Below, one piece after another: positions 1 to 9,584 of a DNA stretch of 32,000 nucleotides (the stretch's first letter is position 1; every line of letters starts with the position of its first letter). The stretch covers positions 360,001 through 392,000 of the forward strand of contig NC_009776.1 of the NCBI RefSeq assembly GCF_000017945.1, written 5' to 3'. Source of the DNA: Ignicoccus hospitalis KIN4/I. Lineage in GTDB: Archaea > Thermoproteota > Thermoprotei_A > Sulfolobales > Ignicoccaceae. Made by a program: the position numbers and the translations under genes. The notes under the pieces were generated by a model that did no database searches, had not been told where the DNA came from, and saw nothing but the letters and a program-made list of their open reading frames with translations.

Positions 1-1830
1 GTGGTCAAGGGCGACGTGGGCGACCGCTCCGGGGCTCTGATGAAGGGAGGGAGGGTCTTGGTGGCCGGCGACGCCGGCCTGATGACAGGCCTCTACATGA
101 TGGGCGGCGAGATGGTCGTCTTGGGGGACATAAACGACTACGCGGGGGAGATGATAATAAGGGGCAAGATCTTCGTGGGGGGCTCCCCGAAGAGCTTGGG
201 CAAGAACGCCAAGATAGAGGAGGCTCCCCAGGAGGAGGTCGAGAGGGTAAACGAGCTCTTGAGGAAGTACGGCCTCCCCACGAAGGACAGCTTCTACGTG
301 ATCACCCCCAAGAGCTTGAGGCCCGTTTACAAGGCCTCCGGCGGAGTCCCCGCCATGAAGAACTTGATGCCCAAGTATAGGGTAGAGTTCAAGTACGACA
401 TCTGTATAGGTTGTGGCACTTGTGCTATGGTTTGTCCGGAGAACGTGATTAAGATGAAGGGCTACAAGCCCGTTGCAGCTAGGGAGGCTGACTGCATAGG
501 CTGCTACGCGTGCGTGAACTACTGCCCCACCGACGCGGTTAAAGTGGAGAGGGTGGCAGAGAGCCTCACCAATAGGGCCAGGATAGACGCGAGCACCTTC
601 AATTACATAAGGAAGATGGCCTCCTTGGGCCACCCCCCTGTGGTGGGGATGGGGGCGGAGAACAAGTACTTCCCCTCGTTGGACCAGCTCACCTTCATCC
701 CCGGCCAGACCTCCAGGCCGCCCATAGACAGCTACCGCGAGCCTTGTGACACCGAGGTCGTCTTGGGGGACCGCTTCGCGGAGAGGCCCTTGAAGCTGAA
801 GGCCCCGATACTGATAGGCGCGATGAGCTTCGGCTCGGTGAGCAAGGAGGTAAAGGTGGCGCTCGCCAAGGCCGCCGGTAGGCTGGGGATCGCCGCCAAC
901 ACCGGGGAGGGCGGGATGCTTCCGGAAGAGAGGAAGTACGCCTCCGTCCTCATAGTCCAGTACGCCTCCGGGAGGTTCGGGGTCTCCGCGAGCTACTTGA
1001 GGGCCGGGGACGCGGTGGAGATCAAGATAGGCCAAGGCGCCAAGCCCGGCATGGGAGGGCTCTTATTGGGCGAGAAGGTTACTGAGGACATCGCGAAGAT
1101 GAGGGGCATACCGGTCGGGGCGGACGCCATAAGCCCCGCTAGGCACTTGGACATAGTAGGTCCTGAGGACTTGAAGATGAAGATAGAGCAGCTCAGGGAG
1201 ATAACGGACTGGAAGGTACCCATCATAGTTAAGTACGCGGCCGGCAGGGTGGCGGACGACGTGAAGATAGCTGCTAAGGCGGGGGCGGACATAATAGTGA
1301 TAGACGGGAAGCCCTCCGGCACCGGGGCCACGCCTTACATAGTGACCGAGCACACCGGCTACGCGACCATGGCGGCCACCGTGGAGGCCCACAGGGCGTT
1401 GAAGGAGATAGGGATGAGGGACGAGGTCAGCTTGGTGGTCGGCGGGGGCATAAAGACCGGCGCTGACGCCGCGAAGGTGCTCGCCCTCGGGGCCGACGCG
1501 GTCATGATAGCCTCCTCCACCTTAGTGCCCATAGGTTGTACCTACTGCGGCACGTGTCACAACGGCAAGTGCCCCTACGGCATAGCCACTCAGAGGCCAG
1601 AGCTCCGGAGGAGGATCAACGTGGAGCTCGCCGCGAAGAGGATAGAGAACTACTTAAGAGCCTTCATAGAGGAGATGTGTATGTTCGCCCAGCTGGCGGG
1701 CAAGAGCAAGCTATCTAACTTGGAGAAGGAGGACTTGAGGGCACTGACGTTCGAGGCCTCTCTGCTGACCGGCGTGAAGCTCATGGGCGTGGAGAGGCCC
1801 GCCTCCGAGCTCTTGAGGGAGGACATATAA
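1..1830 (+). CDS. gltB: Archaeal-type glutamate synthase, fused GXGXG domain + 2x[4Fe-4S] ferredoxin + FMN core; 5' partial, runs off the window
   Basis: Open from nt 1. The N-terminus has a GXGXG-type repeat region (GDRSGALMKGGRVLVAGDAG, MMGGEMVVLGD). Two ferredoxin Cys clusters follow (CIGCGTCAMVCP, CIGCYACVNYCP). The FMN/glutamate synthase core comes last (NTGEGGMLPEE, KIGQGAKPGMGG, GGGIKTGADAAKVLALGADAV). Confidence 0.85.
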   Translation: MVKGDVGDRSGALMKGGRVLVAGDAGLMTGLYMMGGEMVVLGDINDYAGEMIIRGKIFVGGSPKSLGKNAKIEEAPQEEVERVNELLRKYGLPTKDSFYVITPKSLRPVYKASGGVPAMKNLMPKYRVEFKYDICIGCGTCAMVCPENVIKMKGYKPVAAREADCIGCYACVNYCPTDAVKVERVAESLTNRARIDASTFNYIRKMASLGHPPVVGMGAENKYFPSLDQLTFIPGQTSRPPIDSYREPCDTEVVLGDRFAERPLKLKAPILIGAMSFGSVSKEVKVALAKAAGRLGIAANTGEGGMLPEERKYASVLIVQYASGRFGVSASYLRAGDAVEIKIGQGAKPGMGGLLLGEKVTEDIAKMRGIPVGADAISPARHLDIVGPEDLKMKIEQLREITDWKVPIIVKYAAGRVADDVKIAAKAGADIIVIDGKPSGTGATPYIVTEHTGYATMAATVEAHRALKEIGMRDEVSLVVGGGIKTGADAAKVLALGADAVMIASSTLVPIGCTYCGTCHNGKCPYGIATQRPELRRRINVELAAKRIENYLRAFIEEMCMFAQLAGKSKLSNLEKEDLRALTFEASLLTGVKLMGVERPASELLREDI

Positions 1831-2818
1831 TCCTCTTTATTATTATGGTTGAAATCAGCATCAATGTTATGGATATGGTAGCGATAACCTTCACGTCCTT
1901 AAACCTCGTCAAGGGGGCCATTAGAAACGACGACAAAGCCATAGTGGTGTAGGTCAGTCCCAAAGAGGCTCCCTTAGCCTCCGGGACGAACTTGGTCACC
2001 GTAGCCACCAGGCCGGCCTCGTAGAAGGGGTAGACGGGCACGCTCCAAGCGAAGAAGCACGCCGGCGGGGGAGCGAGCAAGGCCAAGGCCACCACGAAGG
2101 GATATGCTAGGAGGGAGCCGAGGAGGACCCTCTCCGGGCCGAACCTCTCCAGCGCCCTCCCGGCCACCAGCCCTCCCAAGAACGCCGTTACCCCCGGACC
2201 CACCGCGTAGGAGAGCACGAACGTTGTGGGGTCCGCGAGCTCGTAGAACCTCCACGCGGTTAAGGCGTAGGAGAGGTACTCCGCCCCCATGAAGGCCGCC
2301 AGAGGGGGGACGAGCCTCTTCAGCTTCGGGACGGCGGCCAAGAAGTTCGCCCTTCCGGGGACGTCCGGGACAGCCGCGACCACCGCCAAGGAGCCCGCGA
2401 AGAAGGAGGCCGCGGGCACTTGGGGGCCTCGGAAGTAGGGGACCAGCGCCACCCCCGCCCCCCAGCCCAAGGAGAGCGCCCCCACGGAGGCGCCCAGCTC
2501 CTCCGGGCCCGCCTCGTTGGCCGCCAACAAGGCCACCACGAAGGCGGAGTAGAAGAAGCTCAGGGTGAGGAAGACGGAAAGGGGGTCGAGGCCCAAGGCG
2601 CTCAAGGGTCCGGCCAAGGGGGCGGCTAAGCTCGCCTTCCTCATGCCCTTCTTGTCCGCCAGCCACCCGAAGAACGTCGCAGACGCCGCCGAGGCCAGCT
2701 CCGCCACCGCCACCGCGCCGGCCTCGCTCACGTCGCCGCTCACTCTGGCGGCCGTCGTGTAATAGCCGTAGCCCAAGGAGAGCAGGGCTATGCCCAAGAG
2801 GAGGAGCCTCTTCCTCAA
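1781..2818 (-). CDS. Polytopic membrane protein, MFS-transporter-like
   Basis: 345 codons, Ala/Leu/Gly-rich with about 10 hydrophobic segments. The motif GWLADKKGMRKA after TM2 resembles the MFS loop 2-3 motif. The TTG start overlaps the upstream stop by 4 nt (TTGA at 2815-2818). The tail overlaps the convergent gltB 3' end. Confidence 0.55.
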   Translation of the reverse strand: MRKRLLLLGIALLSLGYGYYTTAARVSGDVSEAGAVAVAELASAASATFFGWLADKKGMRKASLAAPLAGPLSALGLDPLSVFLTLSFFYSAFVVALLAANEAGPEELGASVGALSLGWGAGVALVPYFRGPQVPAASFFAGSLAVVAAVPDVPGRANFLAAVPKLKRLVPPLAAFMGAEYLSYALTAWRFYELADPTTFVLSYAVGPGVTAFLGGLVAGRALERFGPERVLLGSLLAYPFVVALALLAPPPACFFAWSVPVYPFYEAGLVATVTKFVPEAKGASLGLTYTTMALSSFLMAPLTRFKDVKVIATISITLMLISTIIIKRIICPPSRARRRASPRP

Positions 2819-3276
2819 ACCCTCTTACACCTCTCGACCTCGGCCCTCTTCAACTTCTTCACTAACTGCTCCAACACGTTGTAAGCCTTCTTGGATATCA
2901 ACATTCTTAAGGTCCTCCCGTCCTTAAGCTTCAGTATGAAGAGGACGCTGTTCTCGTACTCCTTGCCGACGCCCTTTCCGGTGTGTTCCTCCACCCTCCA
3001 ACACTTGAGGTCCTCGACGCTCACCTCCAATATTGTTTTCTTCAAGCCCTCCCTCTTCGTCCTCTCCTTTTCAATCTTGTACAAGAAGAGGTCGAGGGAC
3101 CTCGAGAGCCCCCTTCGCGACCTCCCCAGCCCCCTAGAGGCGAGCCTCTCCAACCTGATGGTTCCGTTGTCGTAAACTAAGTCGCAGTGGGTTACCTCCT
3201 TTCCCTCCAACAAGGCGACGCTGTATATCTCTATCACCGCGCGCCCCTTTCCGACGCGACGCACCAAATCTTTCAA
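2815..3276 (-). CDS. Hypothetical protein, start uncertain
   Basis: Host-like codon usage (AAG/GAG/AGG/CTC) from about 3276 downward. The track ORF start at 3393 would overlap the divergent MBL gene. In-frame TTG/GTG candidates lie at 3276, 3267, 3264 and 3237. No motif recognised. Confidence 0.45.
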   Translation of the reverse strand: MKDLVRRVGKGRAVIEIYSVALLEGKEVTHCDLVYDNGTIRLERLASRGLGRSRRGLSRSLDLFLYKIEKERTKREGLKKTILEVSVEDLKCWRVEEHTGKGVGKEYENSVLFILKLKDGRTLRMLISKKAYNVLEQLVKKLKRAEVERCKRV

Positions 3277-3307
3277 CGCCTCGCAGCCCCCAGCCGGGGT
3301 TCCCGAG

Positions 3308-4246
3308 ATGTACGCGCTCCCCAACACCGACGCTGAGAAGGTGAGGGCCGGAGGGCTGGAGGTACTGAAGTTGGACGCCGACCCCGTCAGCAAGAGGGAG
3401 AACTACATAAAGTCCTACTTGATAGTCGGGCCCGAGGCTAGAGTACTCGTAGAGACCGGTCCCAGAAACGCCTTCGAAGTGCTCAAGGATTCCTTGGAAT
3501 CTAAAGGGTTCTCCTTGAGGGAGCTGGACGCCGTGCTCCTCACCCACATCCACTTGGACCACGCGGGGGGCTTGGGGGAGGTGTTGAAGGAGTGTAACTG
3601 CAAGGCCTACGTCCACCCCAAGGGCTTGAGGCACTTGGTGGACCCGAGCAAGCTCAACGAGGCCGCCGCTAGAACCTTGGGGAAGGAGATCTTCGAGGCC
3701 TACGGGCCCGCCACCCCCGTGGAGGAGAGCAAGCTCGTGGCGACAGAGGAGGGAGCGCTGAAGGTGGGGGAGGTGGAGGTGCGGGTGGTCCACACGCCCG
3801 GCCACGCCCCCCACCACCAAGCGTTCCTAGTCAACGGCCTGCTGTTCCCCGGGGACGCCTTGGGGGAGGTGACCACTTGGAAGGGCGCCTACACCCCCAC
3901 CACTCCTCATAGAACCATAGTGAGTATGATGATAGATTCGATAAACAAACTGATGGAACTGGAGCCTTGGGCCGCTGCCTATACCCACAGGGGGTTTGTT
4001 GTGGGGAAGGACAACATCTTGTTGCAGATGGCCGGCGAGGTGGAGCAGCTCAGGACGTGGTTGCAAACGATAATGATTAGGAAGGACGAGTGCAAGGAAG
4101 ACGTGTGGTGCTACTTGAGGCACTTGAAGGTCGCCGACCCCTTGTTGGAAGCCCTCGAGGACGAGCTGGAGAGGAGCAGCTTGTTGAAGAACTCGGTGAG
4201 GATGAGTATAGACGGAATATATAGGTACGTGCTCAAAGTATCTTGA
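3308..4246 (+). CDS. Metallo-beta-lactamase-fold hydrolase
   Basis: Canonical HxHxDH motif (LTHIHLDHAGG), a downstream HTPGH motif and a further conserved Asp/His region. Confidence 0.8.
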   Translation: MYALPNTDAEKVRAGGLEVLKLDADPVSKRENYIKSYLIVGPEARVLVETGPRNAFEVLKDSLESKGFSLRELDAVLLTHIHLDHAGGLGEVLKECNCKAYVHPKGLRHLVDPSKLNEAAARTLGKEIFEAYGPATPVEESKLVATEEGALKVGEVEVRVVHTPGHAPHHQAFLVNGLLFPGDALGEVTTWKGAYTPTTPHRTIVSMMIDSINKLMELEPWAAAYTHRGFVVGKDNILLQMAGEVEQLRTWLQTIMIRKDECKEDVWCYLRHLKVADPLLEALEDELERSSLLKNSVRMSIDGIYRYVLKVS

Positions 4247-5054
4247 CGTAGTCGAAGAGCCCCACCTTCAACTTCACCCTCACTTTCAACTTTCTCATCA
4301 TTCTTTCCTTGACGACCTTCGCTATCTCTTCAGAAACCTTATACCCGCTGAAGAGACCCACCTTCGCGTCCGGCGACTTCTCGGCGAGGACTATGACGTC
4401 CACCATCTCGTTGGCCATATCGAGGAGCACTATATAATCCTTCAAGACCAGTCCGACGGAAGTGGCCACTGCCCTTATCATCTCGTCGAGCACCACGTCG
4501 GCTATCATAAATATCACCTTCCCTTCCATGCTGACGGCGAGGATCACGGGCTGGGGATACCTCTCCTCCTTCAGGACCTTCATTACGTACTGCCACAACA
4601 TCTTGGCGGCTCCGTGTATGGATATTGAGATGGTCTTTTTCTTCTCCAACCTAAACTTGAATACCCAGAGTCCCGTGTCTTCGTCCTTCTCCTTGACGAA
4701 GTCTATTATATCGAACGGCGCGTTGTTGGAAATTTCTGCCAAGTTCCACTTTATCTTCTCGTATATTTCCTCTATTAGGTCCCTCTTGGTAGACTTCTCC
4801 TCTTCCCGCTGGACCTCCTCCGCTTTCGGCAGCTTGAGCGAGAGGATTTGGGAAAGCTTGTCTGCCTTTATCAAGACTAAGTACAACGCGTTTTCGTCGA
4901 CGTTCTCGATATTCTCCTTGTTAACTATAATCATGACGGGCTCGTCCTCCTCCAAGGGGATTATTCGGACCTCCTCCGCGAGCTCCACCAAGCCTAGGAG
5001 CTCCGACCCCCTAACCACTCCGAACACGTGTTTCAAGGCGATCACCCTCGGCAC
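4233..5054 (-). CDS. Hypothetical protein (273 aa), co-directional with and 12 nt downstream of the ThiI-like gene
   Basis: Long ORF with Lys/Glu/Ile-rich composition typical of this genome's coding regions. No diagnostic motif recognised. Confidence 0.6.
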   Translation of the reverse strand: MPRVIALKHVFGVVRGSELLGLVELAEEVRIIPLEEDEPVMIIVNKENIENVDENALYLVLIKADKLSQILSLKLPKAEEVQREEEKSTKRDLIEEIYEKIKWNLAEISNNAPFDIIDFVKEKDEDTGLWVFKFRLEKKKTISISIHGAAKMLWQYVMKVLKEERYPQPVILAVSMEGKVIFMIADVVLDEMIRAVATSVGLVLKDYIVLLDMANEMVDVIVLAEKSPDAKVGLFSGYKVSEEIAKVVKERMMRKLKVRVKLKVGLFDYVKIL

Positions 5055-5066
5055 GCTCGTGTCTCT

Positions 5067-5669
5067 TCATCCCAGCGCGGTTAGCTCGGAAGCCCTCCTC
5101 ACTGCGACCCTCCTTGAGAGGTGGAGGTTTTTCCTAATTATGAACTCTAGCGCGCGGGCCTTGGCCCCCCGCGGGGGCTTGGTGGCCACGGGCTCCGGCT
5201 TGAAGGGGCACTGGACCGCGCTCCCCGCTTGGGCCAAGGGGTCCTCCACCCCCAAGTCCTCCTTGTCCGACCCGAACAAGGGCCGGAGGACCTTAACGCC
5301 TCGGGAGACGAAGGCGGCGTTCTGGAGGGTCTGGGAGGCCACTTGCCCCAGAGAGTCCCCCATTATCGGGACCCCGTGCTGGGAGGCCCTCAAAACCATG
5401 CCCCTCTTGCAAGCCAGACAGAGGTACTCGCCCATTTGGTGCTTGGCCAGCTCGGCGCTCACCGCCTTCAAGAACGGCCTGTGGTCGTACAGCACCACCT
5501 CCGGGTCGAGCGCGCTCAAGGCTCTCAGTGCGAGCAAGGTCTGTCGGAAGTTTACTATAAAATGGGCAACTCTTTTGGGCCTCAGAACTTGCAAGAGGTA
5601 AAAGCTGTCGAGGCCGCCGGAAAACAATAAAATTCCCTCGTCGACGCTCTGCTCCCGAGTGTCCCTCAT
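5067..5669 (-). CDS. thiI: Stand-alone PP-loop ATP pyrophosphatase, ThiI C-terminal-domain-like
   Basis: SGGLDS PP-loop motif and the ThiI-type motif GDSLGQVASQTLQN...LRPLFGSDKED. I trimmed the start to ATG at 5669 (MRDTREQ...). The 78 upstream codons of the track ORF run antisense through hypD and are Ser/Thr/Trp-rich. Confidence 0.75.
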   Translation of the reverse strand: MRDTREQSVDEGILLFSGGLDSFYLLQVLRPKRVAHFIVNFRQTLLALRALSALDPEVVLYDHRPFLKAVSAELAKHQMGEYLCLACKRGMVLRASQHGVPIMGDSLGQVASQTLQNAAFVSRGVKVLRPLFGSDKEDLGVEDPLAQAGSAVQCPFKPEPVATKPPRGAKARALEFIIRKNLHLSRRVAVRRASELTALG

Positions 5670-6804
5670 GACGATCCCCCAAGAGCTCGTCCAGAAGACA
5701 GTCGAGGCGATAAGGGGTTTAGCTAAGGAGGCAGTCAAGAAGAAGAACAAAGAAGTTATAAAAATTATGCACGTGTGCGGGACCCACGAACACACGGTAA
5801 CCCACAACGGCTTGAGGTCCTTAATGCCCCCAGAGGTGGAGCTCATAGCCGGCCCCGGGTGCCCGGTCTGCGTGACCCCCGCTGCGGCGGTGGACGCGCT
5901 CATAGACCTCTCCTTGAGCGGGGTTAGGGTCTACGCCTACGGGGACGTCTACAAGCTCCCGGGGACAAAGGGCTCTCTGGCGGTGGCCAAGGCGAGGGGA
6001 GGGGACGTCAAGGTCGTTTACGGCTTCTTGGACGCTATAAGGGACGCCAAGCAGTACGGGAAGGAGGCGGTGTTCTTCGGAGTAGGGTTCGAGACCACGG
6101 TAGTCACCGTGGCCGGGCCGATATACGACGGCAGGGTGCCGAAGAACTTGAAGGTGCTCTCCGCCTACTTGCTCACCGCCCCCGGGCTCAAGAGGGCTAT
6201 AGAGGCCCACGAGGCCACCGGGATACCGCTGGACGGCATAATAGCCCCCGGCCACGTGTCCAGCGTAATAGGCGCGAACGCTTGGAAGTACTTGCCGGAG
6301 GAGTTCGGCTTCCCGACCGTGGTGGCCGGGTTCGAGGCGTACGACTACTTGCTCGCCGTAGCGGAGATACTTAGGCAAATAGTTAGGGGAGAGGCCAAGC
6401 TAGTGAACGAGTACTCTAGGGTGGTGAGGCCGGAAGGCAACGTTACTGCTTGGAGGAAGGTGATGGAAGTATTCGACGTGGTGGACGCGTATTGGAGGGG
6501 GATAGGGGTGTTGCCGGAGAGCGGGCTGGCCTTCAAGGAGAAGTACAAGGACTACGACGCTGCAGCGGAATACGGGATAGAGATCAAGCCGACTGAGAGG
6601 GAGCTGCCCCCGGGCTGCAAGTGCGCGGAGATAAACTTGGGCATAGCGAAGCCCACGGACTGTCCGTACTTCAAGACCCGCTGTACGCCCACCACCCCCA
6701 TAGGGCCTTGCATGGTGAGCGACGAGGGGACTTGCTCCATATGGGCTAGGTTCGGCGGAGGAGGGCTGGTGGAGGAGCTGGCGAGGCTGGCCGGGATAGA
6801 GTGA
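5659..6804 (+). CDS. hypD: [NiFe]-hydrogenase maturation factor HypD
   Basis: Motifs HVCGTHEHT, GPGCPVCVTP and GFETT, plus a Cys-rich C-terminal region. The start is GTG at 5659 or ATG at 5668. Confidence 0.9.
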   Translation: MSLMTIPQELVQKTVEAIRGLAKEAVKKKNKEVIKIMHVCGTHEHTVTHNGLRSLMPPEVELIAGPGCPVCVTPAAAVDALIDLSLSGVRVYAYGDVYKLPGTKGSLAVAKARGGDVKVVYGFLDAIRDAKQYGKEAVFFGVGFETTVVTVAGPIYDGRVPKNLKVLSAYLLTAPGLKRAIEAHEATGIPLDGIIAPGHVSSVIGANAWKYLPEEFGFPTVVAGFEAYDYLLAVAEILRQIVRGEAKLVNEYSRVVRPEGNVTAWRKVMEVFDVVDAYWRGIGVLPESGLAFKEKYKDYDAAAEYGIEIKPTERELPPGCKCAEINLGIAKPTDCPYFKTRCTPTTPIGPCMVSDEGTCSIWARFGGGGLVEELARLAGIE

Positions 6805-6857
6805 GAGGCCCTCCGACTGGCCTTTCGCTCCTCACCTCTCGGGCGCGGAACTGGTCT

Positions 6858-7958
6858 TCATCGGGGCTCCTTGGGCAAGGCATAAACCTTCCCCTTGTAC
6901 TCTATTACGTAAACCTCCTCCCCCAGCTCCAAGTCCGGCGGGCCCTCCGCCTCCACCACCTCGCCCCCGACGTTCACCTTCAAGGGGTTCTCGCTCTCAA
7001 CCGTGCCCACCTTCAAGTACACCTCGTCCAAGTACTTTATCTTCCCGCTCTTCCTCAGTTGCCACCACTCGTCCGTGGGAAGCTTGAGCTCCTTGTCGCT
7101 GTGGAGCAAATACAAGGAGAACTTCCCCTTGTTGAACCCCTCGAATATGGCCGGTTCGCCGAAGAAGAGCAAGCCCTCGCCGCCCTTCAGCTTGGGGAGC
7201 CTTACGCTTATCGTCAGCCTCGTCCTCACCTTCCCGTCCTTCCTCATTCCCACGACACTATAGCTCTCTATTATCTTGGCCCCCATGTTGAACCTCATCA
7301 GCTGCGCGGCTCTCTTGGCGACCTCTTTACTCACCAATAACACGTCCAAGCCGTTCTTCTGGTCCACTAACTCCACCACGTCCTCCCCGCTCCCAGCCTT
7401 AGCGAAGAGCTCCCCGGCGGTCCTCAGCTCTTCTAGCGTAACCCTGCCGGACTCGGAGCGTATCTGCAAGACCGCGTCGTAGTCCTTCCCGCTCTTCATC
7501 AAGCACTTGGGACACGGCTTCTTCTCTACATCCAGCGGGACGGTCAAGGTCTGAACAGTCTTAGCCCCCTTGACGATTACCTCCGCAGTGACTTCGGCGA
7601 AATACTTCCCGCCCCTCCTCCTAACCACCTCTACGGAGAGGAGCTCCGCCCCCTCCGCCGGGGGGACGGGCCTCAGGCCCTCCTCCACCATCCTGTGGGC
7701 TAACATCCTAATGGTCTCCTCCACGTCCCCCGTGCCCTTGACCCAAGAGTTGTCCACTAGGTAGGAGGAGCACACGGGGCACACCACCAACTTCCTCTTG
7801 CTCTTAACCTCGAAGAGGGGTCTTTCCTCCGTTAGACACTTCAAGCACAAGCCGTCCACTATCGGGTTGTCGGGGGCCTCCAGCGCCCCGCACTTGACGC
7901 AGAACCTCCTACGCCTCCTTCCCATTCTTCCCATTCCCGCGCCCGTCCGACTTCCCAC
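6858..7958 (-). CDS. NMD3-family (60S subunit export adaptor-like) zinc-binding protein
   Basis: N-terminal paired CxxC motifs (CVKCG...CLKC...CPVCSSY) and a later CPKC. Size and layout match archaeal NMD3 homologues. Confidence 0.7.
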   Translation of the reverse strand: MGSRTGAGMGRMGRRRRRFCVKCGALEAPDNPIVDGLCLKCLTEERPLFEVKSKRKLVVCPVCSSYLVDNSWVKGTGDVEETIRMLAHRMVEEGLRPVPPAEGAELLSVEVVRRRGGKYFAEVTAEVIVKGAKTVQTLTVPLDVEKKPCPKCLMKSGKDYDAVLQIRSESGRVTLEELRTAGELFAKAGSGEDVVELVDQKNGLDVLLVSKEVAKRAAQLMRFNMGAKIIESYSVVGMRKDGKVRTRLTISVRLPKLKGGEGLLFFGEPAIFEGFNKGKFSLYLLHSDKELKLPTDEWWQLRKSGKIKYLDEVYLKVGTVESENPLKVNVGGEVVEAEGPPDLELGEEVYVIEYKGKVYALPKEPR

Positions 7959-7962
7959 AAGT

Positions 7963-8613
7963 TCATCCTTTATAAGGAAAGCACGTCAGCCACTCCTCCA
8001 CAGAGGGCTTGACCGCGTGGGTAGCGACCAGCGAGTCCAAGTTCAACGGCAAGGGCTTGCATACTTTTATCTCCTTGACGTCGTAGTTCCTATTCAGTAC
8101 TATTCCGTCCTTAGTAAGGAACGCCGCCGGCCCGCCCAAGGCCTTTACCCGCCCGTAGTCCGGCGTCACGGACTTGCTGACGTAGTTGCAAGTGAGCAAG
8201 GGCTCGTCGGAGTCGTTCACCAAGACGTGGGCCATCCCCTCCGGCACCTTAACCACGTCGCCCTCCTTCAGTTCGACCACGTAGACCCTCTCGAGATCGT
8301 GTAACAAGAACTTCCCCCTCCCCCGGAGGACGCAGTAGACCTCCGGCCAAGGTTTCCCCCAAGGGCCCTCCGGGTGGAAGTGGCCGTGGGTGCGGTAGAA
8401 CTCGCCGTCCGGGAGGGCGCCGGGGTAGAGCACGGTCACGTCCGCCCTCAAGTCGTACTGGTGAACGGGCTCCACGTCCCTAAACACCTTGTAAACTACT
8501 TCCTCCCCCTCCACGGGGGAGAGGGTCACCCCGTTGAGGTCTTTTACCCTCCTTACTTGAGCTTTCCTCATGCCCAGTTGAGTGATCATAAAATCGTCCG
8601 CGAGGACGTTCAA
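7963..8613 (-). CDS. pgiA: Cupin-type glucose-6-phosphate isomerase
   Basis: Blocks match the archaeal cupin PGI as I recall it from Pyrococcus: VVYKVF, TVLYPG...RTHGHFH, PEVYCVLRGRGKFLL, VVKVPEGMAHVLVNDSDEP, DYG. The start is TTG at 8613 or an internal ATG at 8590 or 8572. Confidence 0.85.
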   Translation of the reverse strand: MNVLADDFMITQLGMRKAQVRRVKDLNGVTLSPVEGEEVVYKVFRDVEPVHQYDLRADVTVLYPGALPDGEFYRTHGHFHPEGPWGKPWPEVYCVLRGRGKFLLHDLERVYVVELKEGDVVKVPEGMAHVLVNDSDEPLLTCNYVSKSVTPDYGRVKALGGPAAFLTKDGIVLNRNYDVKEIKVCKPLPLNLDSLVATHAVKPSVEEWLTCFPYKG

Positions 8614-8672
8614 GGCCTTTGCCCCCGCGTCTTCAAGTCCACGTCTTAAGCGCCTTAACTCCGGGCCCCCGG

Positions 8673-9584
8673 GTGGAGGCTTCGGGGAAGCTCAGAGCTT
8701 ACTTGGAACTGGTTAGGGCCCACAACCTCTTGGGCACGGTATTGGGCGTCATAGCCGGCGCGGCGCTCCTCGGCGAGGTGAACGTCGCGGCCGCGATAGC
8801 CTCCGCGAGCGCCGCCGCCGTGGCGGCCGGGGGGTACGCGATAAACGACTACTTCGACGTGGAGATAGACAAAGTAAACAAGCCGGAGAGGCCCATACCC
8901 AGCGGGAGGGTGGGGGCCGAAGAGGCTAGGAAGCTGGCCTTGGCTTTGTTGGCCTTGGGCCCGCTCCTAGGCCTCGCCGTGGGCCCCCTCACCGGCGCCT
9001 ACGCCGCCCTCAACGCGGTCTTGATGTACTACTACTCCAAGTCTCTCAAGAAGACCGGCCTGCCGGGGAACTTGGCGGTCTCCTTCTCCACCGCCTCCAC
9101 CCTGCTGTACGGCTCCCTAGCTACGGCCGAGTGGGCCGGGGAGGTGGCGCGGGTTCTGAGGACTATTCCTATAATACTCATGGTGTTCTTAATGACGTTG
9201 GCGAGGGAGGTAGTGAAAGGGGTTGAGGACTACGTTGGCGACAAGGAGGGCGGAGTGAAGACCTTAGCTGTCGTCAAGGGGCCGGACTTTGCGCTCCGCG
9301 CGGCCCTCGCGCTCGCTTGCGCCTCCCTCGCGCTGGCCTACCTCGCGGCCCCCTTGCTCTCCTTGGGCTACGCGTTCTTGGCCTTCGTGACGCTCGGCGG
9401 ACTCCTCTCCCTCGCCTCCGTGGCCGCGTGCTTGCGCTCTGAGGACCCGGTGAGGTGCGCCGCCAAGCCCCGGAGGGCGATGAAGGTGGCGATGTTTTTG
9501 GGACTAATAGGCATCTTGGTCGACAGGCTGGTTCAACCCGTTTTTTATCCTCACGTGCTTCACGCGGGGGGAGAAGAGGGTTGA
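8673..9584 (+). CDS. UbiA-family prenyltransferase, likely digeranylgeranylglyceryl phosphate synthase
   Basis: Motif NDYFDVEIDKVNKPERPIPSG (NDxxDxxxD) and multiple TM segments. I moved the start to GTG at 8673 because codons 8619-8672 are atypical (cgt, ctt, caa, tta). Confidence 0.8.
   Translation: MEASGKLRAYLELVRAHNLLGTVLGVIAGAALLGEVNVAAAIASASAAAVAAGGYAINDYFDVEIDKVNKPERPIPSGRVGAEEARKLALALLALGPLLGLAVGPLTGAYAALNAVLMYYYSKSLKKTGLPGNLAVSFSTASTLLYGSLATAEWAGEVARVLRTIPIILMVFLMTLAREVVKGVEDYVGDKEGGVKTLAVVKGPDFALRAALALACASLALAYLAAPLLSLGYAFLAFVTLGGLLSLASVAACLRSEDPVRCAAKPRRAMKVAMFLGLIGILVDRLVQPVFYPHVLHAGGEEG

Noticed and set aside
1974-2666. 230-aa Gly/Arg/Pro-rich ORF, with similar long shadow ORFs at 3134-3820, 5821-6378, 6801-7340, 7798-8304, 16766-17488, 21518-22099 and 26688-27098
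   Set aside because: All lie inside, antisense to or out of frame with well-supported genes. They read as low-complexity R/G/P/L strings and use CGN/CCN codons atypical of this genome. They are the expected open shadow frames of GC3-rich coding DNA.
4462-5601. 379-aa plus-strand ORF spanning two minus-strand genes
   Set aside because: It is Ser/Thr/Leu-rich with no motifs. It runs antisense across both the 273-aa gene and the ThiI-like gene, which has clear PP-loop motifs.
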